DNA of 35,187 bases from an uncultured bacterium (GTDB lineage: Bacteria > Bacteroidota > Ignavibacteria > OLB7), in contig CBHYLN010000046.1 of the NCBI GenBank assembly GCA_966128725.1, positions 1-35,187 of the forward strand. The letters are read 5' to 3'. This document shows positions 24,985 to 32,831 of this stretch, piece by piece. The stretch's first letter is position 1; each line of letters opens with the position of its first letter. Made by a program: the position numbers and the translations under genes. The notes beneath the pieces are model-generated. The model was not told the DNA's origin. It made no database searches and saw nothing but the letters and a program-made list of their open reading frames with translations.

Positions 24985-26421
24985 ATGAAAGTTCAGCGAA
25001 TCATGAATCTGCTTCTCGCTGCCGTTGTGCTGGCCCTGGCCGTTGTATCCACCGAAGCACACGAGCTTGGTCATGACGGGATCTGGCATGCTCGGCGTTG
25101 GACCTTGCGCCACGGTACGTTCATGGCATCCTTCATGGCCATGCATGGTGCTTCGGTTATCCTCGAGTTACGTGATGGCCGTGTGCGGGCGATTCCGCTT
25201 GCCGAGCTTGGCCCATCAGATGTGGAATTTGTTGCGCGGCGCATGGATGCTCTTGCGCGACTGAACGGCGTGCGGCCGCCTGGCATGGCGCCGGAGCAGC
25301 ATGAACCACACGCGGTGGCGGGTATTCCCACGGCCGAACCCGGTGCGCCTGCGGTGCATTCGGTTGCCGGGCCGGCGCCACATGCGCCAGCCGTCTCCGT
25401 GGCTGGTTTTGCGACGGTTGCATTTGCAATGCTGATGATGTTCGCCTTACGTGCGTTCGTGAACCGGCGGCCCTCGGTGGCACCGCCGTCGCTCACCGTG
25501 TTCCCTGCCTCGGTGGTGCTTGTAGTGTGCCTGGTTGCCGTGTGCGCGGGTGTTCCGAATGCTCCGTTCCTTGTTGCGCCCACCGATCCGGCGACCATCG
25601 ATTCAACGTTCGCGCCGTTCAAGCCACGCGTGGCTACCAGATGGGACTCCACGTATTTCTACGTCGAGTCCGACGGAATGCCAACGGGGTTCCCACCGAT
25701 GGTCGGGATTACCGCATGGCAGCAGCAGGTGCCGATTCCGCAGGCCTATACAGGCGCCAATGCCTGGAGCATTCCGCTCAAGCCGGTTATCGCGGCTGCG
25801 CCGATCTCGACCGATACCGCGCTTTTCACCGGTGGGGTTGGGCTGGCGGTAAATGGCATCCCGGTTTTCAACGCGAAGAACAATCGCGGCGAGGATTCCT
25901 ATGCCATCGGGGAACTGGACACATGGGGTGGCCATTGCGGGCGGGCCGATGACTATCACTACCATATCGCGCCGCTTCATCTGCAGTCGGTTGTCGGGAC
26001 CACGCGGCCGATTGCGTGGGGATTGGATGGGTTTCCCGTGTACGGTGCGCTGGAGCCGGATGGCACGCCAATGCAGACGCTGGACGCCGCGCATGGCCAT
26101 CCGTGGGCAGGAGGGTATCACTATCACGGAACGATGACATACCCCTACATGATAGGAGCGATGCGCGGTGAGGTGCGTGTTGAGAACGACCAGATCGTTC
26201 CACAGCCTCGTGCGCGCGGCGCGCGACCGTTCACATCGCCGTTGCGCGGAGCAGCGATTACCGAGTTCGTGCGCTGCGGACCGGACCACTTCGCGTTGAA
26301 GTATGAGATCGACGGCCATCCATTCCGCGTGATCTATCAATGGGACAGCCTGGCCAATTACCGCTACACGTTCGTGGATTCCACCGGAGCTTCCCGTGTG
26401 GAGACATATAAGCGTCGATGA
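24985..26421 (+). CDS. YHYH-domain membrane protein with a His-rich N-terminal ectodomain
   Basis: GHCGRADDYHYHIAPLHL and a second HGHPWAGGYHYHG match the YHYH signature. Signal peptide MNLLLAAVVLALAVVSTEA. His-rich segment HELGHDGIWHARRWTLRHG. Pro/Ala-rich linker. Two TM helices (AGFATVAFAMLMMFALRAF and FPASVVLVVCLVAVCAGV). Confidence 0.7.
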   Translation: MKVQRIMNLLLAAVVLALAVVSTEAHELGHDGIWHARRWTLRHGTFMASFMAMHGASVILELRDGRVRAIPLAELGPSDVEFVARRMDALARLNGVRPPGMAPEQHEPHAVAGIPTAEPGAPAVHSVAGPAPHAPAVSVAGFATVAFAMLMMFALRAFVNRRPSVAPPSLTVFPASVVLVVCLVAVCAGVPNAPFLVAPTDPATIDSTFAPFKPRVATRWDSTYFYVESDGMPTGFPPMVGITAWQQQVPIPQAYTGANAWSIPLKPVIAAAPISTDTALFTGGVGLAVNGIPVFNAKNNRGEDSYAIGELDTWGGHCGRADDYHYHIAPLHLQSVVGTTRPIAWGLDGFPVYGALEPDGTPMQTLDAAHGHPWAGGYHYHGTMTYPYMIGAMRGEVRVENDQIVPQPRARGARPFTSPLRGAAITEFVRCGPDHFALKYEIDGHPFRVIYQWDSLANYRYTFVDSTGASRVETYKRR

Positions 26422-26480
26422 AGAAACGGTACCGCGACGTACGAACCGGCCGCGATCGAAAGAACTTTCAGGAGATATCC

Positions 26481-27773
26481 GTGCTACCGAACAGGGTGCG
26501 ATCCACCAGCGCAAACGCGCTGTTGATGACGATGCTTATTACCGCATTGATTGGTGTGGCCCTGGTGCTGCCGACCCATGCCCAGCCTGCCGGCACCAGG
26601 CCGGCCGATGTGCCATCGATAACGAGGGGGCGAGGGACGGCGGTTGATACCAACCTGCTCCCGGGATGCTCAGGGGCGAGGGTAAGCGCTGTTGGTACGA
26701 TCCGGGCGACCGACGGGACGATGTGGACTGTACCGGCCGAGAACGGTTTCGCGACCGCCCCGAAGGCAACCGATCTGTACAACGATTGCAGCGGCGTTCG
26801 GCTGCCGAACATCGGCGCGTTGGACACCGGTCGCGTGCCGATTGTGACGGTTGATCCGGAGGGTGATGTGGTAACCGGATATCTGTTCGCCGACAATTAT
26901 TTCGAGCTGTTTGTGAACGGCGTGCTGGTTGCAGTTGATCCAGTTCCGTTCACGCCGTTCAACTCATGTGTCGTGCGGTTTCGCGTGCGGCGCCCGTACA
27001 CGATCGCCGCGAAGCTGGTGGACTGGGAGGAGAATCTTGGTCTCGGGTCGGAGGCCAATCGCGATGACCAGTTCCATCCTGGCGACGGTGGCTTCATTGC
27101 GAGCTTCAGCGATGGCACCGTGACCGACGCGAGCTGGCGTGCGCAGACCTACTATATCGCACCGCTGGCCGATTCGGTGAGCGTCGTTACCAAACCGGAC
27201 GGCACACGCTCGACGGCCGGGTTGGCCGATCCGAACTGCGACGGCGAATGTTACGCGGCACATTATCCGATCCCCGAGGGGTGGAATCTCCCCGCCTTCG
27301 ATGCCGGCACCTGGCCCGCCGCCGCGACCTACACCGAGGCCGTTGTCGGAGTTGACAACAAGCCGGCATACACCAACTTCGTTGAGCAGTTCGGCGGCTC
27401 CGGTGCGCGGTTCATTTGGTCGTCGAACCTCGTGCTGGACAATCTTGTGCTGGTGCGCAAAACGGTAGGTGAAGTATCCGGGGTCGCCGCTGTTGAGCCA
27501 TCCCGCGCCGGATTCGAGGTGGTCCCGAATCCCATTGAAGGTGATGCGGTGTTGCATCTGGTAATGCCGTCGGATGGGTGGGTGTCGATCGGACTCTTCG
27601 ACGCAGTTGGCCGGCGTGTCCGGACCGTGATGAACGCGTTCCTTCCGGCCGGTGAGCACTCGGTGGCATGGAGTCCGCGCTTGGAAAGCGACGGCATACC
27701 GGCAGGGGCGTACGTTCTGCGCATGGACTCACCGTGCCATGTGGAGCACCAATTGATCTATGTCCGCCGCTGA
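26481..27773 (+). CDS. Hypothetical secreted protein with T9SS C-terminal sorting domain (the ATG at 26418 overlapping the upstream stop is an alternative start)
   Basis: GTG start 5 nt after AGGAGAT. Signal peptide VLPNRVRSTSANALLMTMLITALIGVALVLPTHAQ. A jelly-roll-like segment (YLFADNYFELFVNGVLVAVD). The C-terminus FEVVPNPIEGDAVLHLVMPSDGWVSIGLFDAVGRRVRTVMN...GAYVLRMDS is a T9SS tail. Confidence 0.65.
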   Translation: MLPNRVRSTSANALLMTMLITALIGVALVLPTHAQPAGTRPADVPSITRGRGTAVDTNLLPGCSGARVSAVGTIRATDGTMWTVPAENGFATAPKATDLYNDCSGVRLPNIGALDTGRVPIVTVDPEGDVVTGYLFADNYFELFVNGVLVAVDPVPFTPFNSCVVRFRVRRPYTIAAKLVDWEENLGLGSEANRDDQFHPGDGGFIASFSDGTVTDASWRAQTYYIAPLADSVSVVTKPDGTRSTAGLADPNCDGECYAAHYPIPEGWNLPAFDAGTWPAAATYTEAVVGVDNKPAYTNFVEQFGGSGARFIWSSNLVLDNLVLVRKTVGEVSGVAAVEPSRAGFEVVPNPIEGDAVLHLVMPSDGWVSIGLFDAVGRRVRTVMNAFLPAGEHSVAWSPRLESDGIPAGAYVLRMDSPCHVEHQLIYVRR

Positions 27774-27817
27774 ACCCTTTTGGAAACGCGCTGTAATAAC
27801 ACAGGAGACAGAGCTTC

Positions 27818-29506
27818 ATGATCCGCTGTTTCGCTATCGCGATACTACTGTGTACGCTGCCTCTGCTGCGGCTTCGGTCACAGACAATGACGGAGATTCT
27901 GGGCCGCCCCACCGATGCCTCGGTGACGCTGAGTGTGCTGTTCGACGCACACTGCGAAGCCTATGTTGAGTATGGTGAGGTGAAGGGTGAATATCCCGGC
28001 ACAACGTCGGCGGCGGCGGCGCAGGCCGGCGTGCCGCTCGAGATTGTTGTCGGCGGCCTGAAGGCCAACACCCGCTACTATTATCGTACACGGTATCGCC
28101 GTTCCGGCGACGCGACATTTGCCGCCGGTGACGCGCGCACGTTCCACACGCAGCGGGAGCGCGCCAGCACATTCCGTTTCACGATTCAAGCGGACGCGCA
28201 CCTGTACGACAAGAAGGGCGTTCGGCGCATGATGGATATCACGATGCGCAATCATGCCGCCGACAGCGCCGACTTCATGTTCGATCTAGGCGATACGTTC
28301 GGCGATGATCATACTCCGGATGTCACCACCGATGCCGACATGCGCCAACTGCATCTGGACTATCGCCCTGTGTTCGGCTCGGTGTGCCACTCGTCTCCGC
28401 TGTTCCTGTGCCTTGGCAACCACGAGGGCGAGAATGGATATTATCTGAAGCAGACTCCGCCGAACAACATCGCCGTGTATGGGACGCGGTGGCGCACCTT
28501 CTACTATCCCAATCCGGTGCCGGACGGCTTCTACACCGGCAATCCCGAGGAGGAAGGAAACGGTATCGGGCGACCGCAGAACTATTACGCGTTTCGTTGG
28601 GGCGATGCGCTGTTCGTTGTGCTCGACGCCTACCGGTACGGTACCACGAGCGCGAAGCCCCGTGGCTGGGATTGGACGTTGGGGGAGGCGCAGTACCAGT
28701 GGTTCAGGCGCACGCTTGAAGCGAGCGACGCCAAATACAAGTTCGTGTTTGCGCACCATATGCTCGGCGAAACCCGTGGCGCGGCCACCAGCGTTCCGTT
28801 GTACGAGTGGGGCGGCTACGAAGGCAACAAGCGTGTGTGGGGATTTTCCACCAACCGGCCCGGCTGGGCGAAGCCGATTCATCAGCTCATGGTCGACAAT
28901 GGTGTTACCGTGTTCTTTCAGGGGCACGACCACCTGTACGCCAAGGAACAGGTTGATGGCCTGGTGTACCATGAAGTGCCGATGCCAAGCGATTCCACCT
29001 ACGAAATCGGCGTGCTGGCCAACGCCGACGCGTACACCGATGTCACGATGCGTGGCGCCGGCCACATACGTGTGACCGTTGCGCCCGACAGTGTCCTGGT
29101 GGAATTCGTGCGCGCATGGCTGCCGGAGGACGAAACCGGAGGCAGCAAGAATGCCGAGGTTGCGCACGCGTATACGGTGATGGCCCGCGGGCGATCGGCG
29201 GTGCCGCATGCCGATCCGCTTTCCTTCCGTCTTGCGCGAAGCCGGCCGAACCCCGCGCATACCCAGGCCGAGATCTCCTTCCAGATTGGGCAGCCAGGCC
29301 ATGTCTCGCTGGTGATTTACGATATCGCCGGCAACAGGGTCAGGACGTTGTGCGACAAAATCCTGTATCCCGACGAACCGGAGGATTTCACGTTCACATG
29401 GGACGGTATGTCGGATGCCGGCGTGCCTGCCGTGTCGGGCGTGTACTACTATGAACTTCAGGCGGGTGATCACCGCGAGGTGCAACGACTTATACTGGCA
29501 CGATGA
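27818..29506 (+). CDS. Purple-acid-phosphatase-like metallophosphoesterase with T9SS C-terminal sorting domain, paralog 1
   Basis: AGGAGA sits 8 nt upstream. Signal peptide MIRCFAIAILLCTLPLLRLRSQ. FN3-like PAP N-domain. Metallophosphoesterase motifs DLGD, GNHE, AHH and GHDH. The C-terminus SRPNPAHTQAEISF...LVIYDIAGNRVRTL...WDG...SGVYYYEL is a T9SS tail. Confidence 0.85.
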   Translation: MIRCFAIAILLCTLPLLRLRSQTMTEILGRPTDASVTLSVLFDAHCEAYVEYGEVKGEYPGTTSAAAAQAGVPLEIVVGGLKANTRYYYRTRYRRSGDATFAAGDARTFHTQRERASTFRFTIQADAHLYDKKGVRRMMDITMRNHAADSADFMFDLGDTFGDDHTPDVTTDADMRQLHLDYRPVFGSVCHSSPLFLCLGNHEGENGYYLKQTPPNNIAVYGTRWRTFYYPNPVPDGFYTGNPEEEGNGIGRPQNYYAFRWGDALFVVLDAYRYGTTSAKPRGWDWTLGEAQYQWFRRTLEASDAKYKFVFAHHMLGETRGAATSVPLYEWGGYEGNKRVWGFSTNRPGWAKPIHQLMVDNGVTVFFQGHDHLYAKEQVDGLVYHEVPMPSDSTYEIGVLANADAYTDVTMRGAGHIRVTVAPDSVLVEFVRAWLPEDETGGSKNAEVAHAYTVMARGRSAVPHADPLSFRLARSRPNPAHTQAEISFQIGQPGHVSLVIYDIAGNRVRTLCDKILYPDEPEDFTFTWDGMSDAGVPAVSGVYYYELQAGDHREVQRLILAR

Positions 29507-31269
29507 ACACCATGATGACAATGCGTAACTCAAGGGCCGGAAATGCCGGCGGCGGATGGATCGGCACGGCGCTTGTCGCGCTTGCGCTGTTGGCGTGTAC
29601 CGCACCAACGGTGCATGCCCAGGTGGTCCAATTCCCGATGCAGCAGATGCTTGGGCGCCCAACGGATCGCTCGGTAACGGTGAACCTGTTGGCCGATGCC
29701 GAACTGGAGGTCTACGCCGAGTACGGTCTCACGGCGGGAGCGTATTCCGGCCGGACCGAGGCGCGGACGTATTCCGCGAAGATACCCATCGAGTTCGTGA
29801 TCGGCGGCCTGGAGCCGAACACCGCCTACGTGTACCGCGTTCGGTATCGGCGACCCGGCGTGGCCGCATTCGACAGCCTGGCCGAACACCGCTTCCACAC
29901 ACAGCGTGCGCGTGCCAGCACGTTCACGTTCACCGTACAGGCCGATCCGCATCTGGACGAGCAGTCCGATACGATGGTCTATCGTGCATGCCTGGGCAAT
30001 CAGCTTGCCGGCGCTCCGGATTTCATGATCGACCTGGGCGACATCTTCATGTCCGACAAGCTCACGAAGCCGATCACCCGCGACAGCGTGGACTATCGCC
30101 ACCGGTACCAACGCACGTTCTACGATCGGATCTGCGGCTCGGTGCCGCTGTTTATTGCGTTAGGCAATCACGAGGGCGAGGCGATGTTCCTGGCGAAGTC
30201 CGACTCGAACAACGTCGCGGTCTGGGGCACGAAGTTGCGCACGCTGTACTACCCCAATCCGTCCCCGGATGGATTCTACACCGGCGACACCACCGAGCAT
30301 CCGTTCGTGGGCCGGCGCGAGAATTACTACGCGTTCGAATGGGGCAGCGCATTGTTCGTGGTGATCGATCCGTACTGGTACACCACCACGAAGCCGGGCC
30401 GCGACCTGAACACGAATTGGAATTGGACGCTGGGCCGCACGCAGTACGAGTGGCTGCGACGCACGCTCCAGATGAGCAAGGCACCGTTCAAATTCATATT
30501 CACCCATCAACTTGTCGGCGGCGTGGCCGAAGGGCGGGGTGGCGCCGAGGCCGCACCCTTTTTCGAGTGGGGCGGATTAAACGCCGACACCACGGGCGGG
30601 TTCGCCTCGAATCGTCCGGGGTGGTATGCGCCCATTCACCAGCTCTGCGTGGAAAATGGGGTGAACATCGTTTTCCACGGGCACGACCATTTCTTTGCCC
30701 GCCAGGAGCTGGACGGCGTTATCTATCAACTGGTGCCGCAGCCCAGCCATCCCCAATTCAAGGTTGCCAGCAGCGACTCGGCGTACGGCTACCATCAGGG
30801 GTTGATCCTCCCCAATTCCGGGCATCTGCGCGTGACGGTGGGCGCCGACGCCGCACAGGTGGACTATGTGCGCGCATACAAACCCGCCGATGAAACCGGC
30901 GGGCGCCACAACGGCGACATCTCCGCGACCTATACGATTACCGCGGCGCCGGCATCCGTCAACAACGAACCGTTGGTGTGGCGCCGCGCCTACGACGATG
31001 AGATAATCTTCCCGAATCCCTTCTCCGCGCAATCGGTGATCCGGTTCAGACTGCTGGAGCCGGACAATATCGGGCTGAGCGTATATGATGCGTCCGGTGC
31101 TCGTGTGCGTACGCTGCTGGAGCGCCGGCACATGGAGCCGGGCGAGTTCTCCACGGTGTGGGACGGCCGCGACGACGCTGGAGCCGAGCTCCCGTCCGGG
31201 ACGTATTACTATGGCCTGGAGGGGACGGTTGGAATGCCCGCGATGTACAAGATCATCCTGACACGTTGA
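29503..31269 (+). CDS. Purple-acid-phosphatase-like metallophosphoesterase with T9SS C-terminal sorting domain, paralog 2, with its ATG overlapping the paralog 1 stop (ATGA)
   Basis: Signal peptide ...GTALVALALLACTAPTVHAQ. Motifs DLGD, GNHE, THQ and GHDH. The C-terminus IFPNPFSAQSVIRF...LSVYDASGARVRTL...WDG...SGTYYYGL is a T9SS tail. The N-terminal PAP domain is homologous to paralog 1 (PTD[AR]SVT..., FHTQR[EA]RASTF[RT]F). Confidence 0.85.
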   Translation: MNTMMTMRNSRAGNAGGGWIGTALVALALLACTAPTVHAQVVQFPMQQMLGRPTDRSVTVNLLADAELEVYAEYGLTAGAYSGRTEARTYSAKIPIEFVIGGLEPNTAYVYRVRYRRPGVAAFDSLAEHRFHTQRARASTFTFTVQADPHLDEQSDTMVYRACLGNQLAGAPDFMIDLGDIFMSDKLTKPITRDSVDYRHRYQRTFYDRICGSVPLFIALGNHEGEAMFLAKSDSNNVAVWGTKLRTLYYPNPSPDGFYTGDTTEHPFVGRRENYYAFEWGSALFVVIDPYWYTTTKPGRDLNTNWNWTLGRTQYEWLRRTLQMSKAPFKFIFTHQLVGGVAEGRGGAEAAPFFEWGGLNADTTGGFASNRPGWYAPIHQLCVENGVNIVFHGHDHFFARQELDGVIYQLVPQPSHPQFKVASSDSAYGYHQGLILPNSGHLRVTVGADAAQVDYVRAYKPADETGGRHNGDISATYTITAAPASVNNEPLVWRRAYDDEIIFPNPFSAQSVIRFRLLEPDNIGLSVYDASGARVRTLLERRHMEPGEFSTVWDGRDDAGAELPSGTYYYGLEGTVGMPAMYKIILTR

Positions 31270-31292
31270 TGCTGGGGTTACTGGAGATACGC

Positions 31293-32561
31293 ATGAAGAC
31301 AAACACGTACCGCAATTCGTTGATGGCCGCCATGCTCGTGCTGGTGGTGTGCTTGCCGCTTGCGGCGCAACCGATCGCGCGCACCATCAAGCGCCTGCCG
31401 GATACCGGGCAGACCGGGGATTACACCCCGACACGCGGCGAGGACAGCGATTACAATATCAACCCGCCGGGCTTTCTGGTGCAGGGAGGCGTGGCGATCG
31501 ACACCGTTACCACGTTGATGTGGCAGCGAACCGATGGCGGAGAGATGACCGTGGAGCAGGCGATGGCCTACTGCGATACGCTTACGCTTGGCGGCTACGA
31601 CGACTGGCGCCTTCCGGCCAGCCACGAGCTGTTCAGTATTCAGAATCTCGGGAACTCGAACCCGGCGCTTAACACGGCCGTGTTCACGGCAAGCGGCGCG
31701 GAGTATTGGTGGTCGGCGGACCGGCACGCCACCGACTCGAACCGTGTGTGGGCCACGAATGCCGGCGGAGGCATCGGGCCGCATCCGAAAACCGAGACGA
31801 TCGGCGCCGGTGGTAACAAGCGCTTTCACGTGCGCGCTGTTCGCAACACCCAGAATCTGGGCACCGTGGCGCGGTACTTCACCGACAACGGTGACCAGAC
31901 CGTTACCGACAACATGACCGGGCTTACCTGGCAGCAGTTCTGTGTACCGGAACTGCTGACGTGGGAGGAAGCGCTGCGTGCGGCAGATACGATGCAGCTT
32001 GCGGGCCATGCGGACTGGCGGCTGCCATCGATCCGCGAGCTTCAGTCGCTGAACCGCGAGGCCCGGCTGAGCCCGTCGGTGGAGTTGCTGTACTTCCCCT
32101 GTGTTGCCGGCGCGGACAAGCTGTGGTCCTCCACGACGCTGATGGGACAGGGTTTCACGCGCGCGTGGCTTTTGCAGGCCGACGTGGGTATCGTGACGTA
32201 CGATCTGAAAACGGCTCGATGCAAGGTGCTCTGCGTGCGCGGTGGAACCGAGGGCACTACTAGTGTCCGGAGCGCGCGGCTGGATCAACTGGCGTGTATC
32301 GTTACGCCCAACCCGGCGCACGGGGGAGTGGAGATCGGCTACGGCACCGATTGCGCGTGCATGGCGTATATCACCGTGACCGACGCCCGTGGCCGCACGG
32401 TTGCGTCGTGGGCGACGCGCGCCGGCGACGCGGGCCGCTGGACCCAGCCATGGGAGACCGCCAACATCCCGAGCGGCCTATACTACTGCACGGTACAACG
32501 TGTGAGCCTCGCCGGCACGGAGTTGGCGCGCAATGTGGCGCGGATTGTGGTGGTACACTGA
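31293..32561 (+). CDS. DUF1566 (Lcl C-terminal domain-like) repeat protein with T9SS C-terminal sorting domain
   Basis: GGAGA sits 6 nt upstream. Signal peptide MKTNTYRNSLMAAMLVLVVCLPLAAQ. Two DUF1566-like units (LMWQRTDGGEMTVEQAMAYCDTLTLGGYDDWRLPASHELFSI and LTWQQ...EEALRAADTMQLAGHADWRLPSIRELQSL). The C-terminus IVTPNPAHGGVEIGYG...ITVTDARGRTV...GLYYCTVQ is a T9SS tail. Confidence 0.8.
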   Translation: MKTNTYRNSLMAAMLVLVVCLPLAAQPIARTIKRLPDTGQTGDYTPTRGEDSDYNINPPGFLVQGGVAIDTVTTLMWQRTDGGEMTVEQAMAYCDTLTLGGYDDWRLPASHELFSIQNLGNSNPALNTAVFTASGAEYWWSADRHATDSNRVWATNAGGGIGPHPKTETIGAGGNKRFHVRAVRNTQNLGTVARYFTDNGDQTVTDNMTGLTWQQFCVPELLTWEEALRAADTMQLAGHADWRLPSIRELQSLNREARLSPSVELLYFPCVAGADKLWSSTTLMGQGFTRAWLLQADVGIVTYDLKTARCKVLCVRGGTEGTTSVRSARLDQLACIVTPNPAHGGVEIGYGTDCACMAYITVTDARGRTVASWATRAGDAGRWTQPWETANIPSGLYYCTVQRVSLAGTELARNVARIVVVH

Positions 32562-32566
32562 AAGGC

Positions 32567-32603
32567 GGTTGCAGTACGGTGCGTACAGCGCCGTGCTGCA
32601 ACC
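32567..32603 (+). terminator. Long imperfect hairpin after the DUF1566 gene, with no U-tract, so a putative terminator
   Basis: The outer stem GGTTGCAG / CTGCAACC (8 bp) encloses an inner ACGGTGC / GCGCCGT pairing. It starts 6 nt after the stop. Confidence 0.4.
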
Positions 32604-32831
32604 ATACATATCCTGCTGATGCGCGTCCGTCCGGCTTGCCATGGTATCCGGGGTGATGCCGGGCGCTTGTTGCACGTGGCCGCCAGGTGTTCGTTTCCGT
32701 ATCACCCATCACAGCCAGATTGAAGGCCTGGTGCAGCGCACCGTGGCCAAACCCACCGCGAACCCCATCCCCCCTGAACTTGCTAACTTGTCGGCGCCGA
32801 AGGTTCCCCAGGTTCCGAATCCAAGAGCAGC

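Noticed and set aside
32790-32831. GGTTCCGAATCC, which resembles a tRNA T-arm, just upstream of the YdeP start
   Set aside because: No compatible acceptor, D or anticodon stems flank it, and the loop would be the wrong length. It is a chance match.
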